Shown here one piece after another: positions 27,313-36,058 of a stretch of DNA of 51,355 nt (the first letter of the stretch is position 1; each line of letters opens with the position of its first letter). The translations under genes were made by a program, and so were the position numbers. The notes under the pieces are model-generated. The model was not told the origin of the DNA and searched no databases. It saw nothing but the letters and a program-made list of their open reading frames with translations. The stretch lies in the IMG/VR virus record IMGVR_UViG_3300050330_000092, positions 1-51,355 of that record, one strand, 5' to 3'. The DNA comes from a virus. Taxonomy: Duplodnaviria; Caudoviricetes.

Positions 27313-28486
27313 GGCCGGCCCCGGCGTACAGGGCGTCCCAGATGCCCTCGGCCAGCCAGCTGCCGCCACCCTGGACCCGCCGGTTCCCGAAGAACCGCTC
27401 AGCCTGCGCCGGGTCGGTCTTCATCAGGTCGGCGCACTCGGCCTCGATCGAGTCGAGGTTCACCCACCACGAGCCCTCGTAGACGTACTGGAAGATCTTC
27501 CGCCGGTTCGCCTTGCTCGTGAACGACAGCGGCCGGCCGGTCGTCGGGTCGCACAGCTCCGGCACCAGCGCCGGGTCGCGGTAGAAGACGAACAGGTCCT
27601 CGGACCCGGACTCGAACTGCTGCTGGGCGTAGGAGTTCTCGGTGGGGTCCCACGCGTTGGTCGTGATGTGGGTGCGCCCGCCCATGCCGGCCGCACCACG
27701 GTTCTGGGTGTTCGCGACCCCGATGAGCTTGTTGCTCTTCGTGTAGAGCCCGGCCTCGTCCTGCTCGGCGTCGCTGATCGGGTTACCGAGCCGCGCGTTG
27801 GCCGAGGCTGTGACCGCGTCGATGCGGTCGAGGTCGTCGGCGTCTTCGTCGCTCGAGCGGCCCAGGATCCGGATGAACCCCTCGCGCACGGCGAGCAGCT
27901 CCTTCAGCGGCCCGAGCCTGATCATCGCCCGCAGCGGACGGAAGATGTTGTCGGTCTGGTCCTCCGACGTCGCCGTGATCTGGATCAGCGGCGAGGGGTG
28001 CCGCATCCCCATCGGCTGACCGGGCTCGTACTCGTAGGTCCAGCCACACGAGCAGCCGAACGCCTCGCACTCGTAGACCTCACCGCCCTCGGCGAAGCCC
28101 GCGAACACGCTCGGCCCGACACCCTCGTAGGCGACTTCGGTCGCGCTGTTCGGGCCCTTGCCGGTCTTCTGCGGACCGACCGTCAACGTACGCCGGTAGG
28201 TGAACGCCTGGTTCAGGGCCGGGAGGTCTTCGTTCGTGATCCGCTCGGCCTCTGCGGACCCGCCGGCGATCGCCTCGAGCATCTCCGCGACCACGGCCGG
28301 GTCGACGTATGTTGCGTCCTCACGGATCCGGTAGCGGTTGGCGTGGACCCAGAACTGCCAGTCGGCCTTCACGTAGGGCTTGCCGCGGGCGAAGCCGTCC
28401 GGGACACGGCAGTGGCGGGTGATCCACGCGTCGCCGATGTCGCCCAGGGTGGGAAAGTCGACCTCGCCGACGTCGGTCGAGATCAC
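27302..28486 (-). CDS. terL: Terminase large subunit, ATPase domain
   Basis: Walker A GPQKTGKG, Walker B QDEAG, TTNAW, AERFFGNR. Confidence 0.88.
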   Translation of the reverse strand: MISTDVGEVDFPTLGDIGDAWITRHCRVPDGFARGKPYVKADWQFWVHANRYRIREDATYVDPAVVAEMLEAIAGGSAEAERITNEDLPALNQAFTYRRTLTVGPQKTGKGPNSATEVAYEGVGPSVFAGFAEGGEVYECEAFGCSCGWTYEYEPGQPMGMRHPSPLIQITATSEDQTDNIFRPLRAMIRLGPLKELLAVREGFIRILGRSSDEDADDLDRIDAVTASANARLGNPISDAEQDEAGLYTKSNKLIGVANTQNRGAAGMGGRTHITTNAWDPTENSYAQQQFESGSEDLFVFYRDPALVPELCDPTTGRPLSFTSKANRRKIFQYVYEGSWWVNLDSIEAECADLMKTDPAQAERFFGNRRVQGGGSWLAEGIWDALYAGAGHAR

Positions 28487-29001
28487 TTCGACACCGAGCG
28501 GAGCCGCCGCGTGGGCTGCTTCGACTCGGTCGGTGTCCCCGTGCGCTTCTGCTCAGCCTTGGCCGCGACTTCGTTGGTCGCGATCGCCCACCCGTTGGCG
28601 CGCAGGCCGTCGGGGGAGAGGCCGATCTCGTTGCGGTACTCCCGCAGCCGCGAGAGCAACGCCGCGTTGCTGTCGGGGTCGAGCTCGACAGCGGCCTTGA
28701 TCCGACAGAACTCTGCGATCGTCGGCCACCGCCACGAGTCGAGCGACCAAGCCGCGGCCTGCGGGGTCTTCCAGACCTCACGCCAGATCGCGAGCTCGCG
28801 AGCACGGAATGCCTTCGTCTGCGCCTGGCTCTTCTCGGTGTACTCGGGCCGGTTGATCCGCGGGAGCGGAAACGCCGGGGGCCGGCCGCGGTGTCCCTCC
28901 GACGGGAGGGCGGTCACCTTGATGCCGCCGCTCTTCTCCGTCCGCGCCGAGTTCGGGTCCTTCGCCGGACCGGAACGGGGACGTGCTCCACCCTTGGCCA
29001 T
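28483..29001 (-). CDS. terS: Terminase small subunit
   Basis: GGARPRSGP, WKTPQAAAW, IGLSPDGL..NGW. Confidence 0.85.
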   Translation of the reverse strand: MAKGGARPRSGPAKDPNSARTEKSGGIKVTALPSEGHRGRPPAFPLPRINRPEYTEKSQAQTKAFRARELAIWREVWKTPQAAAWSLDSWRWPTIAEFCRIKAAVELDPDSNAALLSRLREYRNEIGLSPDGLRANGWAIATNEVAAKAEQKRTGTPTESKQPTRRLRSVSK

Positions 29002-29009
29002 GTCGATCT

Positions 29010-29190
29010 CCTCGGTGCGGCATCGCGCCGCCTGACGGGAGCGGCCACGCCACACCGGCGAGCCGCGGGAGCCCGGGCCGGCGTGCGTCGCGCATCGCCG
29101 AGGCCGGAAAAGTTCTGAACCCTCCGCACCTTCGCGAGACCTCCCCCTCGGTCCCTGGGGCCCCGGGGTCGAAGGGGGTCCCCCCACCCT
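29010..29190. other. Probable cos/packaging region
   Basis: Non-coding gap between HNH and terS with G/C runs and short inverted repeats. Confidence 0.45.
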
Positions 29191-29527
29191 ATCGAACGGG
29201 CGTTCGCATCAGGTGTGCGTCGGGGATGTTGCTGGCCGGACACTGAGGCCCGCGGATGGTGCCAGGGTCACCGATCGCGTGCCCGAGGTGCCAGCTCGTC
29301 GGGTCGATCCGGTGTGGCTTGCCGAGTTCGGCGCACCGCCAGCATTCGAACACCTCGCCGGCATCCATGCGGGCCTGGTAAGAGCGCCGCAGCGCGTCGT
29401 ACGCCGCGTCGTAGCCACGGGCCTGGCGTCGACCCCGGACCGCGTCCTTCGAGCGCCTATGGGCCGCGCAGCGACCCGAGTCGACCAGCACGGGACAGCC
29501 AGGCTCGGGGCAGTTGCGCTTGGCCAT
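29189..29527 (-). CDS. Packaging-associated HNH-like endonuclease
   Basis: CxxPGC..RC..H, RGYD, CWRC, WHLGH; upstream of terS. Confidence 0.7.
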   Translation of the reverse strand: MAKRNCPEPGCPVLVDSGRCAAHRRSKDAVRGRRQARGYDAAYDALRRSYQARMDAGEVFECWRCAELGKPHRIDPTSWHLGHAIGDPGTIRGPQCPASNIPDAHLMRTPVR

Positions 29528-29766
29528 CAGTCGTCTGACCAGCTGCCACCCTGCGGTGGCAGGTCGGTGGCCTCGGCAGCCCTGAGCATCCCGAGACGTT
29601 CGATCCAGGACATGCCCACGGACCACGCAGTCCGAAGCGACACACGTCCGTCGTTGTCGATGACCTTCATCAACACGACGACGTCGGAGACCATCTCGCC
29701 ATCGGCCGGGGTGTGCCGAACACCGAGGCTGTCGATCAGGTCACCGACGGGCTGCGGCTCGCTCAC
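29527..29766 (-). CDS. Hypothetical protein
   Basis: GMSWIERLGML; coupled to HNH. Confidence 0.65.
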   Translation of the reverse strand: MSEPQPVGDLIDSLGVRHTPADGEMVSDVVVLMKVIDNDGRVSLRTAWSVGMSWIERLGMLRAAEATDLPPQGGSWSDD

Positions 29767-29823
29767 TCGGTGCCCTGTTCGTCGACCAGCTGGTCCATGA
29801 TCGCCACCTCGTCCTCGGGCATC

Positions 29824-30090
29824 TCAGGCCACCATGCGCCCGATCTTGGGCTTCGCGCCGCCGGCGCGGGTGCGTGCGTGGAGCGACGTACCAGCCCAAG
29901 CGCCCCACTCGCCGCGCTCCATGGCCTCGCTGAGGCACTGCTGGGCGGCCGGGCAGGACTTGCACAGCCGTTCCCGCAGCAGGTCGGCAGCAGGCCCACC
30001 AGGACGTCGGTACGCCTCGTCGACCAGCGGCAGGTGGACCGGGTCAGCGCAGGCAGGGTGGTCCAGGTCCGGGACGTGGAAGAAGACCAT
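29824..30090 (-). CDS. whiB: WhiB-like Fe-S transcription factor
   Basis: C...CxxC-x5-C and WGAWAG turn with a basic tail. Confidence 0.8.
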   Translation of the reverse strand: MVFFHVPDLDHPACADPVHLPLVDEAYRRPGGPAADLLRERLCKSCPAAQQCLSEAMERGEWGAWAGTSLHARTRAGGAKPKIGRMVA

Positions 30091-30251
30091 GCCGCACCTC
30101 CGGACATGACGAACGCCCGGCCGCTGTCGCGTCACCGGGCGTCTGGCTCAGGGTGCACTTATCCACCCCTTCGTTGCTCACGGTACCGGATGGTCGGTGG
30201 TTCGACCTACCATCCGCGCCCCGTGTCGCAGCATCGGCTAGACAGCCGCCG

Positions 30252-30341
30252 TCACGGCCGCCACTCGGGCCGGTAGTACGGGTGGTCTGCCCAGACCGTG
30301 GCCATGATCCGCGCCAGCAGGAACTCCACCAGGCCGGTCAC
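30252..30341 (-). pseudogene. Internally deleted or minimal DUF6221-like ORF (29 aa)
   Basis: VTGLVEFLLARI fused directly to MATVWADHPYYRPEWRP. Confidence 0.55.
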
Positions 30342-30634
30342 GCGAGCACCTCGTCCAGCTCAGAGGCCCGCACGATCAGGGTCCACCGGTTCGGCTGGTC
30401 CATCCCGCTCGACCCGTGAGTCCAGCGCCGCGGCCTCACCTCCGCCGGGGTGCGGAACTCGATGACCGCCTCAGGCTCCGGCAACTTCGCTGGCGTGCCG
30501 CAGAGTGTCCTCACGGGCAGCTCCTCGGTGACGGTCCAGCTCAGGTCCGACACCTCGTCGGGGCTGAGGCCGAGCCACTCGATGATCGCGAGCTGCTGTC
30601 GCTGGGCTTCCTCGCGGCTGGGCACGGGGTTCAT
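30338..30634 (-). CDS. Hypothetical protein
   Basis: RBS GGAGG; ATGA overlap. Confidence 0.6.
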   Translation of the reverse strand: MNPVPSREEAQRQQLAIIEWLGLSPDEVSDLSWTVTEELPVRTLCGTPAKLPEPEAVIEFRTPAEVRPRRWTHGSSGMDQPNRWTLIVRASELDEVLA

Positions 30635-31767
30635 GATGCCTCCTCCCGCTGGGTCGTGCTGGTGGCTTGGCCTCTGCGGTCCCCGCCGTTGTCGCGGACG
30701 CGCTCCACCTCCGAGACTCGGTAGACCTTCCGGTTCTTGCCGTCGACGCCGCAGGAGCGGAGTAGCGGCGGGTGTGTGACGGGGTCTTCGCCGGTGCGCT
30801 GGGTGGTGCGTCGGCTGACCCATCGGCGGATGGTTGACTCCTCGATCCCGGTGCGTTCGGCCAGGTCGGTGGTGTTGAGGCGGTCTGCGTTGGCGATGTG
30901 GTCGGCGCGGACCGCGAGGCGGTACTCGTGCTCGGACAGGTCGCGGACGCAGTGGTCACACCGGTAGGTGACTTTCCCGGTGTCGCTGGTGATGCGGAGC
31001 ACGGGCCGCTTGCACCGGTTGCAGGGGGCGCCCTTCTCGATCTGCTCGCCGTCGTGGAGGACGGACTCGAGGTGCTCGCGGCAGTGCTTCAGGTCGTCGC
31101 CGAGCTCGTCGAACGGGAACCCTGGGTCGTGGGCGAGGCGGGTGAGGTGGCCGGCCAGGTAGGCGCGCGCCTCGGTCAGGGTTGGGGAGTCGTCGCCGGG
31201 CTGGTTCAGGTGGTCGCGGGCCTTCATCTCCCAGGTCCCGACCACCCACGTTGGGTGTGGCTCGTCGCGGTTCGCGGCGTTGAACGCGATCAGGTCAGGA
31301 CAGGGTGCCTGGATGCGGTTGCAGGATCGGTGCCAGCACACTCCTGCGCAGGTGGGGCCGTGGGTGCGGGTGCCGTGGACGGGGCAGCCGGCGCCGAGGG
31401 TGCAGGCGGAGCCGTCGAGGATCCGGGAGACCCGGAGGGCGTAGGTGGAGGCGCGGGCGACGGGGCCGTCGAGGACCATTGCCTGGGATCCGATGCCGCG
31501 GGCGATCGCTTCGCCGAGGAGCCGGGCGGCGTAGGTGCCGATCAGCTGCAGGTCGTCGCGGACCGCTTTGATGCAGGCCGCGCAGGTCTCGTCGGTGCCG
31601 ACCCCGTTGACGGTGACGTGCTCGTCCCCACAGACCGCGCAGTGGCGTTCGGGGCAGGGCTGGCAGCCGGCGCAGTGGCCGTTCGCGCAGTCCTTGAGGT
31701 GGCGGTCCCGGAGTACCCGGGGGGTCGTCGATGACCTCGAGATGCAGGCCCGGTTCGTGGTGTTCAA
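30631..31767 (-). CDS. Cys-rich protein with C-terminal winged HTH (probable late-gene regulator)
   Basis: Multiple CxxC; LAERTGIEESTIRRW...VYRVSEV; located at the early/late boundary. Confidence 0.65.
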   Translation of the reverse strand: MNTTNRACISRSSTTPRVLRDRHLKDCANGHCAGCQPCPERHCAVCGDEHVTVNGVGTDETCAACIKAVRDDLQLIGTYAARLLGEAIARGIGSQAMVLDGPVARASTYALRVSRILDGSACTLGAGCPVHGTRTHGPTCAGVCWHRSCNRIQAPCPDLIAFNAANRDEPHPTWVVGTWEMKARDHLNQPGDDSPTLTEARAYLAGHLTRLAHDPGFPFDELGDDLKHCREHLESVLHDGEQIEKGAPCNRCKRPVLRITSDTGKVTYRCDHCVRDLSEHEYRLAVRADHIANADRLNTTDLAERTGIEESTIRRWVSRRTTQRTGEDPVTHPPLLRSCGVDGKNRKVYRVSEVERVRDNGGDRRGQATSTTQREEAS

Positions 31768-33062
31768 GATGCTCCCTCCCCAGGGGCGTGGACGGGCTGA
31801 CGGTCAAGGTGGGCGATCAGGGCGCACCGGGCGGCGGCTGGGTCGTCGAGGTGGCGCTTGAAGACCTCGCTGACCTCGGCGGTGGAGACCGGGAGCGTCC
31901 GACCGGTCACCCGGAGACGAAGCCTCGTGCCGTAGAAGTGCTCGAACAGGTCGCTGACGGTCTGCTGGGTCGCGAAGCCGAGCTCCTCGACCACGTCCAT
32001 GCGACCTGCGCGGGTCAGGGCCGGGTCGAGCCTCTCGAAGTGGTTGGTGGTCATGACGCTGATCAGCCCGTGTGGGGTGGCGACGCCGTCGAGGGCGTTG
32101 AGCAGCGAGGACATCGAGATCTTGCCCTGCTGGGTGTTGCGGGCGTGGCTGATCTGGATGGTGTCGATGTCCTCCAGGAGCAGCATCGACCTGGGGCCGA
32201 CCTCGGACAGCAGACCCATCAGGGACGCTTCGGCGGTGAGGTCGGAGAGGCTGACGTACCAGAGGTCGAGGTTGAACTCGCTGGCCAGCGCGCGCACGAG
32301 AGACGTCTTCCCGGTCCCTGGCGGTCCGTGGAACATGTAGCCGCGGTGCCAGGGGATCGCGAGGCGGTTATACCGGTCCTCGGCGTCCAGGAACTCGCGG
32401 AGGTCGGCGACGATGCGGACGCGCTGGTCGGCCGGCATGGCGACGGACGCGAGGGAGCGTGGGGGCAGGTCTGAGCGGGCGCGCCAGGAGCCCCACTGCG
32501 TGACCATCCGGAGAACCGGCTTGCGGTCCTCCCGGCGTGCTGCGTGGATGCGGCGTAGGTGGGCCACGACGGCCTGCTGGGCGGCGTGGGTGCGGCCGGT
32601 GAACATGATCTTCTCCGGTGCCATCTCGCGATCCCGGACGCTGGATGCGTCGATGCTGGGCTTCTCGAGGGTGACCGTCATCGAGTGGCCGTCGATCAGG
32701 ACCCTGCGCGGCCGCTGGTCGTTGAACATCACCTTCAGCGGCACCGACACGGCCGGGTCTGTGGGGCCGTCGCTCGCCGGTGTCGCGGAGTCGTCGGTCC
32801 GGTCGCGGCTCGAGCGGACGACCAGGGAGCGGTGTCGGTCTGTCGGCATGATCGACAGCAGCCAGTCGTGCACGTCCGCGTAGATCGGGTCCCGCTCGGT
32901 GACGGTGACCGTGTAGGCGAGGCGTTCCCGCCAGAGCTGCTGTCCCCGGCTCACGACCTGGGTGAGGCCCTCGTAGACGGCGAGCGCGGCCGCTGCGCGT
33001 CCCAGGGCAGGGTTGCGGAGCAGGTGCCCGGTCGGGCTGGCGGCCGTGGGCTGGGCGGGCAT
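31764..33062 (-). CDS. BCS1-like AAA+ ATPase
   Basis: RGYMFHGPPGTGKTS, LLEDID, SLLNALDGV, MTTNH..LDPAL.RAGRMD. Confidence 0.85.
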   Translation of the reverse strand: MPAQPTAASPTGHLLRNPALGRAAAALAVYEGLTQVVSRGQQLWRERLAYTVTVTERDPIYADVHDWLLSIMPTDRHRSLVVRSSRDRTDDSATPASDGPTDPAVSVPLKVMFNDQRPRRVLIDGHSMTVTLEKPSIDASSVRDREMAPEKIMFTGRTHAAQQAVVAHLRRIHAARREDRKPVLRMVTQWGSWRARSDLPPRSLASVAMPADQRVRIVADLREFLDAEDRYNRLAIPWHRGYMFHGPPGTGKTSLVRALASEFNLDLWYVSLSDLTAEASLMGLLSEVGPRSMLLLEDIDTIQISHARNTQQGKISMSSLLNALDGVATPHGLISVMTTNHFERLDPALTRAGRMDVVEELGFATQQTVSDLFEHFYGTRLRLRVTGRTLPVSTAEVSEVFKRHLDDPAAARCALIAHLDRQPVHAPGEGAS

Positions 33063-33319
33063 CAGTGCTTCCTCCTGGGGGTGTTCTTCTCGGACATGTG
33101 GCGCTTCGGGATGGTGTCGAGGTCGTCGCGGGTCTGGTCGCCGGCGATCACCGCCGATGGAAGGTGGCCCAGGTGCCAGAAGGCGCCGCACCGGTAGGCG
33201 TTCAGATGACCCGGGCGGCGGCGGTTCAGGTTCTTCGCCACCTTCCGCGCGATCGCGCGAGTCAAGTACCGGACCTTCCCGCAGTCCGGGCACCGGTCGC
33301 CGCCCTCGTAGGACCTCAC
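33062..33319 (-). CDS. Small Zn-finger protein
   Basis: CPDCGKVRY...AYRC..FWHLGH. Confidence 0.65.
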   Translation of the reverse strand: MRSYEGGDRCPDCGKVRYLTRAIARKVAKNLNRRRPGHLNAYRCGAFWHLGHLPSAVIAGDQTRDDLDTIPKRHMSEKNTPRRKH

Positions 33320-33627
33320 GCCGCCTCCCGAGAGACCGGGCCGGGCCACTCCCAGCCGTACTCGGCGTACACGGCGGTGATGTAGTCCACGTACCAGCGG
33401 CGGGCAGCGGTCCGCTCAGCGAGGAGACGGCTCCGGTAGTCGATCTCGCCGAGGCGCACCCGCATCTGCTCGACGGCACGAGACGCCCGGGTCATGCCGT
33501 CCACGAAGGCCGTGGCGTCGATCGTCAGCGTCACCGTCGCGAGGGCGGCGTTCCGCTGCGCGAGGAGCCGTCGGTACGCCGGCGACCGCTTGGCCCGCCA
33601 GACACGGATCCGGTTCCAGATGCTCAT
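33316..33627 (-). CDS. Hypothetical protein
   Basis: Coupled overlaps on both sides. Confidence 0.55.
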   Translation of the reverse strand: MSIWNRIRVWRAKRSPAYRRLLAQRNAALATVTLTIDATAFVDGMTRASRAVEQMRVRLGEIDYRSRLLAERTAARRWYVDYITAVYAEYGWEWPGPVSREAA

Positions 33628-34160
33628 GCTGCTGCCTCCAAGTAGGTGCCCTCGTCGGTGAGGAGGACACGTCGGGTGAACGTGGTCGCGAGGTCCGCGT
33701 CGCCTCCGGCGAACACGGTGACCGGGACCGTGGCTGGGTCGGTGGGGCGGCGGACGAGCCAGCCCTCCCCCTCAGCGGAGCGGCGGTGGGACTCCACGAA
33801 CGCGTGGCAGCCGTCCTTGGTGGTCGCGGAGCCACAGAGGAGCAGCAGGTTCGACGGACTGTTCGCCGCGTCGTTGCTGGTGCCGCCCATGCCGCGGGGC
33901 TGGCGGTGGTGGAATGAGTGCTCCTCGAGCCAGGCGTATCCGTCGTGGAGGATCCGGCCACAGAGCTCGCAGCAGCCGGCTGCCCGGTCGAGCACCAGCG
34001 CGCGGGTCGCCGGCGTGGGGCCCGTGTCCCGCGACCTGCTCGTGCTCGTCGCCGGCCGGGCCCGCTGCTCCCGGCTCCGAGCGAGCGGCGTACGCCGCAG
34101 CTGCGATGCCCCCCGCTGCAGCTGGGTCTTCCGCGCCAACGCGGTACGACGAAGACTCAC
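33624..34160 (-). CDS. HNH endonuclease
   Basis: CELCG, HHRQPRGMGG, NLLLLCG..CH. Confidence 0.85.
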   Translation of the reverse strand: MSLRRTALARKTQLQRGASQLRRTPLARSREQRARPATSTSRSRDTGPTPATRALVLDRAAGCCELCGRILHDGYAWLEEHSFHHRQPRGMGGTSNDAANSPSNLLLLCGSATTKDGCHAFVESHRRSAEGEGWLVRRPTDPATVPVTVFAGGDADLATTFTRRVLLTDEGTYLEAAA

Positions 34161-34519
34161 GAGTCACCGCCACTCGGTTGGTCCGGGCTGCAGGCCCACT
34201 CCTCGAGCATCGCCAGCTCCGAGCGACGTCTAGCCCGTTCCTCGTCAGTGATGGACCAGCACACGTAGGCACCCCGGTCAGGGTCGGTCCATGAGTGCCA
34301 GATCACCGGGAACCCGGGCGCGTTGACTGCGCCAGTGCACGCGGCGTACGGCATGGTCCGGGACCCACACAGGGTCCGCAGCGCGGCGTACACACGGCTG
34401 TAGTGGTCGCCGATCTTCTGGGCCACCTGTTGGGTCGTGAGGGGGTACTCGGCGTCCCCGAGGGCAGCAAGGATCAGGTCCGTGCGGCGACGGGTACCGA
34501 CCGTCCGCGCGCCCGTCAC
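34157..34519 (-). CDS. Putative HTH protein
   Basis: PLTTQQVAQKIG...VYAALRTL. Confidence 0.55.
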   Translation of the reverse strand: MTGARTVGTRRRTDLILAALGDAEYPLTTQQVAQKIGDHYSRVYAALRTLCGSRTMPYAACTGAVNAPGFPVIWHSWTDPDRGAYVCWSITDEERARRRSELAMLEEWACSPDQPSGGDS

Positions 34520-34950
34520 GACGACTGCCCTCCGGGCGTAGTGACCTCGGGCAGCGTCGTGCTGAGGTCGTAGAACACGCGGAAGGCGCGGTTGCTGTTC
34601 GCGGTCCGCTCGGTCTCGGTGGTCGCCCGCAGCTCGGACGCCAGCTTCACGTCCCGGTCGGTGATGGGCGACAGCTCCATGACCAGCCGCAGCACCTCTA
34701 GGCGCTCCTCGGCAGCCCGGCGCTGGTGGATGTACGCCTGACAGGGGCCGTGCCAGACCTTGCTGGAGCCGCTGTAGGAGTGCCGGCTGTCGCGCATCCA
34801 CCGGAACCGATGCCCACAGTGGTCGCACCTGTCGAGGCGGTAGCCGTTGCGCTTGAATCTCCGCCACCACGGGCGGACGCTGCGGAACCGGACGGTGCGG
34901 CGAAGCCAGCGGCGGACCTGAGCAAACTCGGTGGACTGCCCGGCGTTCAT
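34516..34950 (-). CDS. Hypothetical protein
   Basis: CDHCG..WHGPC; coupled overlaps. Confidence 0.6.
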   Translation of the reverse strand: MNAGQSTEFAQVRRWLRRTVRFRSVRPWWRRFKRNGYRLDRCDHCGHRFRWMRDSRHSYSGSSKVWHGPCQAYIHQRRAAEERLEVLRLVMELSPITDRDVKLASELRATTETERTANSNRAFRVFYDLSTTLPEVTTPGGQSS

Positions 34951-35471
34951 GCCGCGTCCCGGATTGCATCGAGCGCGTGGTACACCGCTCGGGTCGCGCG
35001 GACGTCACCCTCGGCGGTGTGGTCCGGCTCGGGGATGTCGAACCCCCGGTCACGGAGCATCGTCGACGCGACCGCAAGGCCGGGTGGCCTGTCGAGGCCC
35101 AGGACCCACATCGCACCCTGGGACACGTCGATCAGCCGGTGGTGCCACACCGGGCAGCCGATGACCCGGGTCAGCATCGCGGCATCGAACGACGGGTTCG
35201 ACCCGACCAGTGTCACACCGCGGAGGTCGCGGGCGAGGTCGGCCGCGACGCGGCGGTCACGGGCGCGGTCCCCGAACGGCGCGAACCCGCGGTCGAAGTA
35301 GCCACCGATCCGCAGCGCGGCCGCGTCGGCGTGCTCCAGGGTGTGCGGCAACGCGGCGGTCGACGGCCGGTCCTGGTTCTCGCGCCACCACGACACCTCG
35401 TAGGGCTGATGGATCCGTGGGTCCAGGCCAGTGCTCTCGACGTCGGCGAAACACAAGCGGCTGCTGGTCAT
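34947..35471 (-). CDS. DEDDh 3'-5' exonuclease
   Basis: DVESTGLD, GSNPSFD, HTAEGD. Confidence 0.88.
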   Translation of the reverse strand: MTSSRLCFADVESTGLDPRIHQPYEVSWWRENQDRPSTAALPHTLEHADAAALRIGGYFDRGFAPFGDRARDRRVAADLARDLRGVTLVGSNPSFDAAMLTRVIGCPVWHHRLIDVSQGAMWVLGLDRPPGLAVASTMLRDRGFDIPEPDHTAEGDVRATRAVYHALDAIRDAA

Positions 35472-35896
35472 CGGTTCTCCTTCGTGGTGGCGGCAGCGCA
35501 CTCGTCTCGCAGCGCCTGAACGGTGCGAGGGACGTCGATGCCGTGGTCGGGGCGGGTATCGGGTTGGAAGTCGTGCTCGGTCGACCAGACGCGGACGCAG
35601 TCGGCCTTCGGGCGTCCGCAGATCGAGCAGCGGAGGTGGCGCGGGACAGGCCCGAAGTAGGTGTGGGTCTCGGAGGTGCGCCAGTGGGGGCCGTCGAGAG
35701 GGATCACGGCGGGTGTCGTGTTCGTAGGGACCTGGGATGCGCGGATCGCGGCGACCGCTACGTCAGCGGCGGCGGCGACGTCGCGGGCCTTCTGGAGGGC
35801 GGCTTCGATGCCAGGTCGGGTCCAGTCGTCGCGCAGAGAGGACACCAGAGCGGCGAGGGAGCGAATCTGCCCGGGGGTGAGTCGGTCCATCGTCAC
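35468..35896 (-). CDS. Hypothetical replication-region protein
   Basis: R.DWTRPGI, TPAVI..DGPHW. Confidence 0.65.
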   Translation of the reverse strand: MTMDRLTPGQIRSLAALVSSLRDDWTRPGIEAALQKARDVAAAADVAVAAIRASQVPTNTTPAVIPLDGPHWRTSETHTYFGPVPRHLRCSICGRPKADCVRVWSTEHDFQPDTRPDHGIDVPRTVQALRDECAAATTKENR

Positions 35897-36058
35897 TCAC
35901 CGCCCTCGCCCGTAGGTCACAGTGAGATGAATGACCTCCTGCACCACTGACCCACCACGGACCGGAAGCACCCGCCAGGGGGTGGGGAGAGTGGGGTAGG
36001 GGGTAGGGGGTAGGGGAGTTGGCGTTTCGATCGTCCGTAGCATCAGGTTTTGCATGGC

